A stretch of DNA of 64,000 bases from Craspedostauros australis (GCA_030167865.1 JALAGF010004376.1:1-64000); one strand, 5' to 3'; counted from the first letter of the stretch, positions 43,631 to 55,991 are shown. Notes: a model not told the origin generated them from the letters alone. Program-made: numbers and translations.

Positions 43631-46600
43631 TCCCCGAAAGTGGATTTATGCGAAGAGTCCTGCAGGTTGGCAATCATAGACGACCATCAACGATCATCAA
43701 CCGGAGGAGGAGGCCAGAGCGATGGATAGAGAAGGTACGCGAAGGGTGAGTTACAATTGCAGTACTTGCTCCAGATTGTGTCATGGCACAGGACCATGCG
43801 AGCTAGGAATGGTCACATTTGTATCCGTATCTAATGGGCGAGTGCTGGACGCCGTGGCAGAGGCCCAGACATAGGTCTGGGCGGAGAAGGGGAGGGAGCG
43901 CACAGCATGTGAAGGTGCTACCGACCGACCAAGTCATGCGCAGGAGAAACAGTTCTTCAGGGACTTGGCTGAATCAGTGGCTGCCACGCCCATTGCTGCT
44001 GTCAGTGAAGCCAACGGCAGAAGTTGGTCGCTCGCGCACCATTCATTTGCCATCTCCGACCATCCGATCCGAACCACGCGGATGTGCTGACGAGAACAGA
44101 GCAGAATCGAAACCACGGAGATCAGCAGCAGCAAGTTGTTGCATGTCGCAAGTCAAGAATGGTGTTGTTTGCTGGTTCTTGCTCTCAATTCAGGTTTGTT
44201 TCCTTCCTTGCTTCCTTGAATGCCTGCTTCCTTGTTGGCTTACCTTCAACTGTTTCAGAGTCTGTGCTGTTGTTGTGTGCTGTTGTTATGGAACGTTGCT
44301 GCGAGTGGGCCTGTTGATCTTGCTCTGCCGTGGGATTGCGATTGAAGCCAAGCGATGAAGGTGTGGAGTGAAGTTGAGTAGAGCAGAGTCTTGGTCGTAC
44401 GATTGGGTGGAGCAGTACAGCAGTACAGCAGCAGAGTATGTATGATACGTGAGTATGAATATGAGGATGTTTGTGAATGTGGACTTTCTTTCTTGTCCAG
44501 TTTGTTTGTGTTGAAGGTCCTCTTGAGGGTGATTGTGTGATTGTGGTTGCGATCGGAAGCAACAGGTTAGCATAGATCAACAAGGACAAACCCAACAGAC
44601 CTCATCACGGTCGTACCTTCCTTCGTTGTGCGCATTCACGTGGGTGTGTGCGTGCGAATGTGGTCTGCGACGATGAGTGGTGTGGGGATTTGGCCCGATC
44701 CGCTCAGGCGATCTCTCCTTCCTTCTTTTTCACTTTGCTGTGTGTTTGATTTGTCGTGATTTGGGTGCTAACGATTTCTTTTGTGGTCTTCCGTCGCTGT
44801 TCGTCGTGTTCGCTCACAGTTCTTGTTTTTCTTCTACTCGTGCGCGTCCTTGTGTTTGTGCGTGCGAGCGAGCGTGCAACTGGAACGCTCACTTCTGGTC
44901 TTGTGGGCGCTGTCACCGTTGTTGACGCTGTTTCCAATTTGACCGATGTTAACCAATGTTACCGCCCGTGATGTTATCCTTTCGTGGTTGTGGCTTGTCG
45001 CCATCCGTGTTGTATCACGCGGTGTTGTCGTCTTGTCTCTGCATGCGTGTGTATCAGTACCACCTCGCCCGCTGACGACAGCATTCTCCGCCTTGTTGTT
45101 GTTCTTGTCGCTCCTGTCTTTGCTCTTGGTTGTGCCGGTTGTGCTGTCCGTGTTGTTTGGTTCGTTCATGCACGCGTGATAGGGGGGCACTGTTCATGCA
45201 GTTTCTGCGCCTTCTGTCCTGCTTGAATTTCGCCGTGTCCTTGCCAAAAGCGAGTGTTACTGTCACGTCTCCGATTTTCACTTGCGCGCATTTGCGTAAC
45301 AACATCTGCGTCGCACTTAAGGCACCTGGGGACCATCTTTTCCCGAGTACATACGGCTTCCCATATCTCCTAAGTGCGAAACAGAACTCTTTAAACACGA
45401 TCGGTTTTCCATTTTCTCCCTTTTGGAACACGAGTTGCATCAGAATTAGGCTTGCCTTCCGCTTTCGGATCACTCCCTACGACAACGTGTACAGAGGTTC
45501 TACGCCATCTCTGTCCAATCCAACCGTTCTAAGAGTGGTACTAAAATTCTTGTCGCTTGACGTAAAATGCTCCCGCATGGCCATATTGTTGAATTTTTGT
45601 TATGTAAAGGGGGTTCTTGTCTATCACGAGTAACGGTTTCGTGCGTTTAGTGGCGACTTTTGTATGCGTTTCATACCATCGCCCGTTCAGAGCAAACGAA
45701 CACAAGCATCACACAGGGCACATTTGAGTTCAAGGTTCTTACGCCACAGTACAGCACAGTGGAGTCGAGCAGAGTAGATCAAAGTACTGCTCCGCCTCGT
45801 GCAATACGGGAATGTTGGTCAAATTGGTGTCAATTTCTGGTGCGCTGTTGAGCACACTGAACGAACTCGCATAGTGGATGCTGTCCGGAAGTGGCAAGTA
45901 CGCGTATTGTGCGTGTGATGAAGAAACCACGCACCTGCGATCACTCCAGCGGCAATAAACGCCCCCAAACAGACATGTGTGCGCTGTGGGGCGTTTGTTT
46001 CACGAAGTTCGCGTGGGGCACATTTTTGGGGGCTGGCTGACGAACACGACCGGTTCTCATTTTTGCGAGTGATGATTGGACACTTCCATTGCACGACGGT
46101 GACATAAGTTTCAGTCGCTAGCGCGGGTGCGAGTCGCTTTGAGAACACGTTTGGCGAGCTGCCGGTTTGCCTGTTTCCTTCTTTGTCTCCGTTGCGTTGG
46201 AGAGGTGAAGCTGCGCGTTTGTGCTGTTGTGCCCTTTGGAGCAAGATGGTGAACTCTCTTGTCGCCTGTGCGCAATTGTAGAAGCGATCGTTTGCGCTTT
46301 ATTTTACTCCGATCTTGCGGAAGTATTGTGACGAGGATGGTTGTACGTAGTTGTGAAGCGTCGGCCACGTTCCACTCGCGTTTGCAATGCATCAAGCTAC
46401 GTGCAACATACTGTCCTCCACGATGAGAGAGCCTTCCAACATCCTCCCTCTGTCTCTCTCATTCGTTTCAGGAGCCAACCGTGCTCTTCCAACCTTGGGT
46501 AGTTCGCTGGACGCGAGAGTGCGCTTGGGGTTGCGGACAGCATCACTCAACGGCGTTGTTTGTTTGAATGACAATTTATTTGTTTCTGCGTTTCGCGACA

Positions 46601-48949
46601 CCTTCAACAATCACGTTCACGCAAAGGCAATCCGATCTCGCTTCCGCGCCATCTCCGCAATTGTGCTTGGATGTTATACTCGTACGTGCAATTCCCAAGC
46701 TCCATCCGCCATTTGCAGGTTGGAGTTGGAACAAATGAGCGGAATGGAGATGGATGGAGGTGAAAGTCTCGAAAAGCTCCGCTTCGTCGCCATGTTCAGA
46801 ATGTCGTGGGATGCAAGCACATCCTTGCGACCATCTTCTCTATCACAGCAACAGTACGAGCCACGATCTGCTCTGCTTTGTTCTCAGGAGCCACTCCAGT
46901 GCCGGAGAGAGGACCTGCGGTCTTCCAATCCTTTTCTGCCGCAATCGCTCTCCATCTCGTTGCGTGAGACGTACTCCTGGCGAAGAAAAGTACTCTACCA
47001 TGGAGCACTCGCGTCATAGCCGTAGGCCGTGTGTGGACTTCAGACAGAGTCCCATTGGACACAGGGCACCCTCACAACGCCCTCGTGCCTCTCCGTTGGT
47101 ATTGGAAATGCGACCATCGCTTTCGTGGAGTAACAATGGGACCATTATTATTAACCGTGCTGCACCATTGCAAGCGGATTGGGATGGATGATTGTCGCCT
47201 CTCCACAAATTCCACCAAATTCCAAAAAGATTACTCGTTCATACTCGTGCGAAGGAGGAGGAAGAGCACCATGCTATTACTATCATAACATACACACCTA
47301 TCCTATAGAATATTACGATCTACAGAGGGCCCATCATCCAGCATACTTGTACTCGTATGGAACTGCGTTGAGCAACCTTTTCCATTGGAGCAAACGAACC
47401 GCTCATTCAAAGAGGAAGACCCGCTGGTCGCCCGTATTGTCGAATCTGCCCACACCCACACTCATGTTCAGGCTCACTCTCAAGTCCAACGCAGCAACAA
47501 TCGATCACATGCACTCCTACTATGCACGTAGGATAGCTCGTACTTGTGCCATTCCTCCATAAGGCTGCTGGTGCTTCGGTGTGCGTGGATCGACACTCGA
47601 TTGTCCTGAATACCTCGTACGCCATGCTGATCGCCGCACCATGCATCACCTTCGCCGCGTCTACTCTACTTGCATTTGCTCCGGTGGTCAATCTGCAAAT
47701 CAATCCAACTCAGCTCGCCTCGGCCCAACTCCCTCCACGGTGCCGCTCTTCATGATCAACTTGGTTGGCGCATTCATCCCAAAGGGCGTGGGATGCGGTT
47801 CGTTTGCTTTGAATCTGCCGATTGCCTGTGGCTACGAGTGTCATCCAAGCTACGCATGTCATAGTCGTATGGCAGAGACAGAGAGAGCAAGAAGCTTCAT
47901 TGCGGTCCAATCTATGTCCCACACGTGTAGACTGCTCGGCATGTTCATCGACTAAAACGATCGCTTCTGAGGTCATCCACGATCGTGAAGTTCTCCTTTC
48001 AGCAAAAGAAGGAACACACGTCACACGCATCGCGCACATCACACGCATCACAAACAAAGCGCGCTCGGCATCAAGCAACACAGAGCAACATCAAGGGCGT
48101 TACCCAAGAGAGAGAGAGAAAGACCGTCACCATGTTGGTCTTCGCTCAGTATCCGTACGAACGTATGCGTATCCGAGTACGCAGTCGTCTCGAAGAGCGA
48201 CGCAGCGGAGAAGACCCGCAGTGGTGGCAGGAATGACGATATCAAGAACGGCCAAGCAAGGAATTTGGACAGCATTCTGGCGGTGCTTCCAGAGGCAATG
48301 GAGAACGACGACGCATCCAACGTCCAGCGTCCACGCCTCAAGCATCCCCGCTGATGGTTGGAGCTGCCATCGCTGATTCATCAGTTGCGGCGATAACTGC
48401 AGAAGGGTTCACTCAACACACACCCACGAATGGCAACAACCAAGGTGGTGCATCTCCAGAACCGTAACAAGCTGACGTCATGACCGCCCTTCTGAAGTTG
48501 GGTATTCGTCTTCAACTCCGCAGCGCAGCTCAGGGTCGCGTGGACACACACACACACGTACGAATACATCCAGCAGGCCGGTGATACCACCCCACGTGTT
48601 GTGGGTAACATTGTTGGGGATTCATCGAGAGACTTGGAAGGTGTGTGCCCAGTGGCTTCACGCTCCGAAGAGGGGGCGACCAACGTGTTCTTTCACACAA
48701 GCATGATGAATCTACGCAAGATGATGGCACCGAACATCCAACGCATTGGTGGCACAGACAGCAACAACATAAACGAGCGGCCTGTGTGGTACGATGTTTC
48801 AACCACCGTGACGCATGGTGAAGGTCAGACTGAAGTAGAGTATTCGAACGGTGTAGATCCTGGTGGATATCAAGCTTTCCAAAACGGCAACAATTGATTG
48901 CGTCATGTTGCAACAGGATCATGGTCACTCACTTGCCCCCAAGCAACTG

Positions 48950-49520
48950 CGGAAGAAAAGAGATGGAAATCACTTCAACATGCCCATCACGGGGGTTGCT
49001 GAAGGCGCCAGCCATCTCGCAGATGGTCACGTCGCCTTGGTTGGGCAAAGGAAGTTTCCCGGCGGGGCTGGAGCTGGTAGGACTGAGCGGCACACCATTT
49101 GCATCCAAGCCAAAAGACTACTTCGGCGACAGGGTCAATGTCACAAAGATCGAAGGAAGCAGGAAGAGAGTGAGTAATGAGCAGCTGGGCCGTCTCTTCG
49201 GCGACATCGACCGTACGTCGTTCCTGGTCGAGAGGAGGACATTGTTTGGAATCACGGAGACCCATTTCTGCACATTCCATTTGCAGTAGGTAGTCCCGAC
49301 ACAAGTATCCTCGCCGACCTGAACTGACCTGACCTGATCGAATCGATGGATGATCGCCGCAGCGAAGTCCGAAAGATCGGCGAGCATCTGGAGCACCACG
49401 ATTATTATGGTGGCGATTGAGTCACCAAATCCGCGGACACTGTTGGCGACGGGGCTGGAGGCGTCACACATCCACGGGGTGATACAGACCATGAAGATGA
49501 CAAAGGATGCAACAATGAAG
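48950..49520 (+). pseudogene. Possible decayed coding remnant, unidentified
   Basis: Coding-like stretches (KDYFGDRVNVTKIEG..LFGDIDRTSFLVE; ILADLN*PDLIESMDDRRSEVRKIGEHLEHHDYYGGD*) broken by stops and frame changes. Confidence 0.3.
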
Positions 49521-49922
49521 CAAAACGCAACCTCCGTTCCTGATGATGCACCATTCACTTGAAGGAGTCGCGAGATTCGAATCCACTCCAGTGTTTTGGA
49601 ACGCATCTAACAAGCTCGGGGCGTCGAGTAGGGAAGAAGAACGCGCCAGAACAACAGCAGCGGTGGCGGCGGCCTTTCATTGAATCCCATAGAGTAGATC
49701 CCATACAGTAGAGTACTCGTATTCCAAGGGGAACTTCTCTGCTCTGCTCGTCACGCGGAAATGGACTCGTTGATGACAAGGACGAAGGTCGTGGAGCAGA
49801 CTATTTGTACGTAGAATCATGCTATATTTACAATAAGGAGAGCGATACGAATATACCAGCAAACCGCTTCCTCTTACTGCCATGGTACGTACGTACTGCT
49901 TTCGGTGGAGATGACCTGCACA

Positions 49923-50861
49923 TCACTCCCTCTTGGATCCAGCAACCTCACATGCGTGCAACTGCAGGAGATTCGTCCATTGAGGCGGCAGTCTGCCTTC
50001 GTACTCGTATCTGTGCTGACCGGTTTGGTCTGCAGCGTTATCACTGTCGCTCTCCTTCTTCTCTTCTCCTACCTCATCCGCTGCCGCTGTCTCCGTCGCG
50101 GCTTCCGCTTGATGCGATGGCCGCCTGCCCTTCTTCGCGTCAAAGTCAACCTTCCAAACATCGCAGTTACCAAACTTGAAATCCATGTTGAGCATCTTCT
50201 TGAAGTACTGCGAGTGTCCCACGATGGCGACCTTGTCCTCGGGCTGCTCGCCCAACCACTGCTCGAAGTTGTAGATCCGATCCAGGAACTGCTGGAAGTA
50301 CATCGGCGTCCATTCCTGCGGCGTCTTCTCCGACAGCAGGTCCACCTCGATGACGCGCTGGACCTTTCCGGCCATGGTATCCGGTGCCATGGACCCCAGC
50401 ATCCCCAGGCTCGTCTGCCTCGCCCGCAGCAACGGCGAGTGTGCCACCAGCGTGACGCCCGCGGTCTCCAGAAAGTCCACCTCCTTGAGCTTGTCGCCCA
50501 TCTGCTGGATCTGTTTGGCGCCGATGTCGGAGACGTTGGAATCCACCTGCGCCTGCACGTTGAGCAGTTCCGTCGACGCCTTGACGTCGGCGGAGGATGG
50601 CAGCGAGCAGCGACCCAGCGTCTTGAGGCACTTGCTCAACGACGCCATGCGTCGGTTCTCCTCTGATTCGGCATGGCGGATGAGGTACACCGTTTTGGTG
50701 GAAGCGCGACTCTCTGATGATGATGTTGTGGGTGGCGATGCCGCCGATGAATCTGGCGAATCTGTTGCGGACGCTGGCATGATACGAGTACAGATGGTGA
50801 GCAATGCAGCGACGAGGATGAATGAGGAGAAGCAGTGGCGGAAGGAACAGTGCCTTCTCAT
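49923..50861 (-). CDS. Histidine phosphatase (phosphoglycerate mutase-like) family protein
   Basis: Motifs VYLIRHAES, HSPLLRARQT, L.E and IVGHS, with a hydrophobic N-terminal segment FILVAALLTIC. Confidence 0.85.
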   Translation of the reverse strand: MRRHCSFRHCFSSFILVAALLTICTRIMPASATDSPDSSAASPPTTSSSESRASTKTVYLIRHAESEENRRMASLSKCLKTLGRCSLPSSADVKASTELLNVQAQVDSNVSDIGAKQIQQMGDKLKEVDFLETAGVTLVAHSPLLRARQTSLGMLGSMAPDTMAGKVQRVIEVDLLSEKTPQEWTPMYFQQFLDRIYNFEQWLGEQPEDKVAIVGHSQYFKKMLNMDFKFGNCDVWKVDFDAKKGRRPSHQAEAATETAAADEVGEEKKESDSDNAADQTGQHRYEYEGRLPPQWTNLLQLHACEVAGSKRE

Positions 50862-51304
50862 GCGCTGGGTTTGTGGAGGGATGCTTGGCTTGTAATGTTG
50901 GAACAGTGGCAGCAAAGTATAATACTCTACCTGTGCAGGTATCCTCCTCGATTCTCTTCCTGTCTCTCTTCGTTGGTGTGGATGGGAACATTTGAGTCGA
51001 GTGAATCAAAGGTACCTGTGAATTCGCGCCATAATCGTGAAATGCGGAACACGACACGATCACACATGCACACAACATGGCAACATCCCGTCTTCGACAA
51101 ACAGCATCCAGCGATCGAGAAGCACGTGACGTTGGTTACGTCGTTGGCGTTATCGACAACATTAATGATGCTCATACAACGGCGATGAATCGAATCACCG
51201 CGCATGATCTCCCCCGAATGTACTATACGACTACGTAGATTCTCGTCGGGAGAGTTGTTTCCCCCTGCGAACAGCACACCACGGGCAAAGGGCGAAGACG
51301 CAAC

Positions 51305-51913
51305 ATGGATCCGGCCATCGTCAGCGAGGTGCGGCCGAATATCTGGGTGGGATCGCAATGGTCGATCAAGGAGCTGGAAAAGGTCTCATCCGTGCATGGC
51401 CGCGATGGTGGCAATGGACATGATGCGAGGAAGTCGTGGACCATCATCACTGCATTGGGCTGGACGAAATCCATCGAAGGGTGCCAGCAGATGGTCGCCG
51501 ACATCAAGGCCAAGCACGATGGTCACAACAGGAAGGGCAAGAACAGCGAACAGACCGATCAGACAGAGAACGCACCAAGCTTCATTCATGATCACATCAT
51601 TTGGAACATCGCGGACGACGATGCAGCCAACAGCAGGATCTTTGGTGGGGAAGCGCTGGAGGGCGTGTTGGTTGCCATCGATGAAAGCATGGAACGACCG
51701 AATGGTGCCTGTTTGGTGCATTGCTCCTTCGGCATATCACGTTCGGTTTCCATCGTCATTGCGTGGCTCATCACGAGAAAACGAATGTCGTTGCAATCTG
51801 CGCTGTCCATCGTCCAGACTGCTCGCCACGGTGCGCAACCCAAAGCAGCCCTCATGACAGCGCTGAGAAGATTGGAGAATCTTGATATTGGCCGAGAGGG
51901 AGAGCAGGAATGA
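51305..51913 (+). CDS. Atypical dual-specificity protein phosphatase
   Basis: Motifs SEVRPNIWVGS, IADD loop, catalytic LVHCSFGISRS (CX5R) and AWLI..ALSIVQTARHGAQP. Confidence 0.88.
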   Translation: MDPAIVSEVRPNIWVGSQWSIKELEKVSSVHGRDGGNGHDARKSWTIITALGWTKSIEGCQQMVADIKAKHDGHNRKGKNSEQTDQTENAPSFIHDHIIWNIADDDAANSRIFGGEALEGVLVAIDESMERPNGACLVHCSFGISRSVSIVIAWLITRKRMSLQSALSIVQTARHGAQPKAALMTALRRLENLDIGREGEQE

Positions 51914-52260
51914 GCACATACTATTACATAATAGTGAAATAGCATACGTGACAGTGGCGTGGGAGCGATGGAAAATCACGGTTTATTCACAACCTTCTAC
52001 ATTCTTCTCAAAGCTTGCGCAGTCAAACCGAAGTTCTCCTCTTGTGCGATTTGGAGTGTGTGTGCTTTTCAAGGACGCCATCGTGTACTCTGCAAGTACC
52101 GTGCTCCCGAATGCGCACTACGCCTCTAGTATTGGAGTGTCAACACCACCACCAGTGCGTCAATCACCCCACCACTTCCCCCTTTTGCTTTCGGCACTTC
52201 GCTTCCATGGCCTTGCGTTCCTTCAACGGCATGCAACTCCCACCATCCAAATGGCCCGCC

Positions 52261-53716
52261 TCACAGATGTGTGTGTTGTCGTATCAACAGAAGGTCGGCG
52301 TCAAGGACAGTCGGGACACATCGGGCGGTTGTGGCTTGCTCTACAACCAGCTCTCGTGCTCCAATTGCTGATGGCTGTTCACGTAGGTCGCCGCCAGCTG
52401 AGCGATGTTGGCCTGCAGCTCCGCCCACGTCCATGCGTCTGGTGGAATCGGAGTTGGGGCCGTGCTTGGTGATATCCAGCGCCAATTCTGGAGGCCCCAA
52501 CGTCAGCCGGCTAGCGTCGTCCATGAGGGTCGAGCCGTACTTCGACAAGAAATTGTCACGAAGTTGCTGTGCTGGCTCATCCCGGCGTACTTTATGTTGG
52601 CGTTGTGCCACATGGCACGCAGTATGTCGGTCAGAGGGAGCGGTCGCATGAAGGTGAATGTTGAGTTCTTCCACGCGAGTGTTGGTGAATGATGATGTGT
52701 CTGGAGGGTCCGCACACAGCGCCTTGAGGCGTTGTTTGAATTCCTGATAGTTCTCCCATTGCTGTGAGTCGACCAGCCCATTTCGCATCGCCTGATTCGC
52801 ACTGCCGTGATTCTTTGACGTCGTGCCATCCTTCTGCCGACAGCCATCGCAGACGATAATCTTGCGGTACTTGAAGGCGAAGTCGTGTCTGGCCCACGGA
52901 AATGTCGCGAGCGTCTTCTCCAATACCTCGGTGGATGGATTCGACTTGATGGGCGATGTCGTGACGATCACTGCCAGGAGGTCTTTGGTGGGTGGCATCG
53001 GCTCCTTCCTGCGCACAGGACCGCCTGGCGGTGGGACGTATCCAAAGTTGGAATCCGATTTGCTGGCGCTGTCCACTTTCGGAAACTTTGCCAGTTTCAG
53101 CACCCAAGGCGCTATCTTCCTTCCTGTCAACGTGAAGGCCTACGGTGCATGCTATCCTCGCCCTTCAATCCCACAGGCACCCTTTGGTCTTGAGGTATAT
53201 GGTGTTGGGTTCGAGAATGAGCCCCGTCCAATCGTCCATCATCAAGTATTCCCAGCAGGTCGTTTTCGCAGCTTGGGACTATTGAGTTGCTCCACCAAGG
53301 GGATGCAAAGCGGCGGTTCCAACCGTGTCTTCAGGATGAATGCCATGATGAACGCCATCGTTCAACGATGGCTGCGAACAATCGCACATCTACGTGGATT
53401 CGAACGTCGTCATCGTCCCTTTCCAAGTACTCCGTTCTCTGCGCTTGACCTGGTTGAGAGGGTATTCTTCGATCGATGTCGTCGTCGGCTGCATTCCCAT
53501 CTGATCCCGAAACCGCTCCACCAAGACATGCAGCGGCTGTGGTAGCTCCGTTGCATGTGACCGTGCATCCGATTCAACACTTGTGTCAGCACCATCGAAC
53601 TCCCACAGCTTGTGCCTCTGCTCGAACCCGTTCCATCGGAAGGTGCTCTCGTCCAGAACGTGGAAGATGTCCTCTTCACCGAAAAGGCACAACAATGTCA
53701 AAGGCCCTTGTCGCAA
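52261..53716 (-). pseudogene. Disrupted coding sequence (in-frame stops, frameshifts, probable internal deletion) of a two-domain enzyme-like protein
   Basis: Protein-like blocks in shifting frames: FRWNGFEQR..TTFEST*..ATQ*..CWEYLMMDDWTGLILEPNTIYLKTKGCLWD*RARI; then DLLAVIVTTSPIKSNPSTEVLE..RKIIVCDG..RVEEL; then TFMRPLPLTDILRAMWHNANIKYAGMS; then FLSKYG..PPELALD. Confidence 0.7.
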
Positions 53717-54035
53717 TCACACCAGTCGTCACAAAAAATGGCGCGAGAAGATTCATTCGACCAAAATCGGTGTTTGTGTCGGTCTGTCCTTCTGTTCGAT
53801 ACGGAAGAAATGATGTGGAACGAGATCTCCTCATCGTTTCGCGCATCGAATCGGAGAGTGGCGCATCCCGAGCATACCATGGGCTCGCACTCATACTATT
53901 CATATCATTGCTCGTACACGTATGGTGCCATACCTACGATCGTACGATAGCATCATATCAGTACGAGTGTTATTACCGAATGTACCAACGCAAGTACTCT
54001 ATTCCATGACCACATGAAAGCGAAGATCAATCCTG

Positions 54036-55991
54036 ATGCCTTCCCATCACGAGTTCACGGATGATGAAGTTGATCAGATGCTGTACGCGTGGGATGCGGA
54101 CCAAGCATCCGTGCAGGAGTACTTCTATCTGAAAGATGAATGGAAGGAGAGCACGCAGGATGAAACGGAGGATGCATCACTGAGCCCATTCCCACCGAAC
54201 CAAGCGAGGTCTGAAGTGGCACATCAACAACAAAATGAAGAGCTTCCTGATGCAGATCGAACAAGCAGGAGTCGAACCAAGGTCAAGGTCGATGATAGCA
54301 ACAGCAACAGCGGCAACGCGAGCGAAGATGCCGTGTTCCTGGATCTGGATACGACGAACACAGTGCACGTGGTGGAGTTCTACTCGCCGTGGTGTCCGCA
54401 CTGCATTCACATGAGAGAAGCGTACATTGAGATCGCAGCAGAAGTGTCACGGCGTGTCATTGGTGTGAATGTCGCATTCCACGCGGTGTCCTGCCAGCTC
54501 TTCCCGGCCATCTGCCGAGCCTACAGTATCGGCGGGTATCCCATGATCTTTGGCTACCGCATCGGATCGAACATCCAGCACCGTGGAATCGAGCTCAATC
54601 CGGAATCGGAAACGGACGACGCGCCCGACTTTTCCGCGCAGTCCATCGCGAACGACTTGGATCTGACGTTGGCAGAAACGGAGATGCAGCACGCTCTGCC
54701 CAATCTTACCGATCCCATCGAACGGATGGCGTGGGAACGGGATCAGCAGCAGCTCGCGGAGCAATCGATTGAGACGAGACAGGCTTGGCATCACTCCCCA
54801 TCCACCTTGGATGATCGATACCATGACGCCGCCGTCAGTTTGATCTTCCTCTTGGAACACGGTGTCTTCACCAGCACCGCACAGTCATTGACGGATCCGC
54901 AGGCTGATGCGTTGAAGGATTTCCTGGAGGTGGTGGAATGGGCGACACCACAGTCCTGGCATGTCCGAACGAATCTTGTGCAGGACGTACTCGCAAATCT
55001 CACAATGATTCAGCATGATCGACAAGCGCTCATGAACATCGTTGATCAATACTCGTCCGCAGGTACTGCGAGGATCGAAGCCGACGGGCCTCTTTGGGGC
55101 AGCCTTTCTGTCTCCCAATTTGGCAAGCACCAGTTTACCGCTGCGTCGTCGTCGTCATCGCGCAAGGTCGCACGCTCGCGCAACTTGAAGTGGACGCAAT
55201 CATGCACGCACCAACAGCGTGGCATGGGATACACGTGCGGGTTGTGGAATCTGTTCCACATTATCACCATCGGCTCCTCCCTTCCATCGCACCAACTGTA
55301 CGCCTACCATTCGGGGTACCTGGCGTCACCGGTGGACGTCGCGGAGACCCTGCGACGATTCGTCCTTCATTTCTTTGGCTGTGACGCGTGTCGTCGCAAC
55401 TTCCTCGCCAACATGGATGCCTGCGGGCAGGATCACTGCACGCGATTATCCACCCTCGCACCCATGCTACTTGTCAGCGGGAATCCGACAGGCCGGACGG
55501 GAGAGGATCCGCATCAAGCGATGGCTCTGTGGGTCATGGAGATGCACAACGCCGTGAATCGACGGCTGATGAGAGAGAAGGCCCAGCGGCAGGGCCGCAA
55601 TGCGACCTTGGAAGAACAGCGCTCCTCCGTCTTTCCGACGCGGCAGCTTTGCTCCGACTGTTGGCTCGACGGTGACATGACCAAGTATGACGCGCAGAGG
55701 ATGTTCGATTTCCTGACGTCACGGTACTGGCCAAACCAGGAGGCCAGCCACGATGCATTCCAACTGGTGCTGCGAAGGCGCCAAATCATCAAGGAGCTGG
55801 CATCCACCGATGATGGCGCTAGCAGCGTGGAAGAAAACGCAGCGTTGTCTGCACGCTTCAGGCGGCACATGATCAGTGCAGGGACTAGTCGCAGTTGCGT
55901 CGCCATCATTTGCGCTCTCGTTCTGCTCGCGATTGCAGCCAGGGCGGCACAAGGACGCAGACGGAGATCATACCACGCAAAGACAGTATAA
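54036..55991 (+). CDS. QSOX-like sulfhydryl oxidase C (Trx-HRR-ERV-TM); a 5' exon may be missing from this model
   Basis: Motifs VEFYSPWCPHC, AVSC, GYP; GYTCGLWNLFH, FFGCDAC, LWVMEMHNAVNRRL, FP..LCSDC; C-terminal TM CVAIICALVLLAIAA. Confidence 0.9.
   Translation: MPSHHEFTDDEVDQMLYAWDADQASVQEYFYLKDEWKESTQDETEDASLSPFPPNQARSEVAHQQQNEELPDADRTSRSRTKVKVDDSNSNSGNASEDAVFLDLDTTNTVHVVEFYSPWCPHCIHMREAYIEIAAEVSRRVIGVNVAFHAVSCQLFPAICRAYSIGGYPMIFGYRIGSNIQHRGIELNPESETDDAPDFSAQSIANDLDLTLAETEMQHALPNLTDPIERMAWERDQQQLAEQSIETRQAWHHSPSTLDDRYHDAAVSLIFLLEHGVFTSTAQSLTDPQADALKDFLEVVEWATPQSWHVRTNLVQDVLANLTMIQHDRQALMNIVDQYSSAGTARIEADGPLWGSLSVSQFGKHQFTAASSSSSRKVARSRNLKWTQSCTHQQRGMGYTCGLWNLFHIITIGSSLPSHQLYAYHSGYLASPVDVAETLRRFVLHFFGCDACRRNFLANMDACGQDHCTRLSTLAPMLLVSGNPTGRTGEDPHQAMALWVMEMHNAVNRRLMREKAQRQGRNATLEEQRSSVFPTRQLCSDCWLDGDMTKYDAQRMFDFLTSRYWPNQEASHDAFQLVLRRRQIIKELASTDDGASSVEENAALSARFRRHMISAGTSRSCVAIICALVLLAIAARAAQGRRRRSYHAKTV

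Noticed and set aside
45000-48900. Transposable element in the long intergenic region
   Set aside because: No recognisable RT, integrase or transposase motifs, LTRs or terminal inverted repeats by eye; degraded elements cannot be excluded.
49560-49595. ttcgaatcc T-loop-like motif flanked by ggagt/actcc, considered as a tRNA
   Set aside because: The T-stem does not pair and no cloverleaf can be built on either strand.
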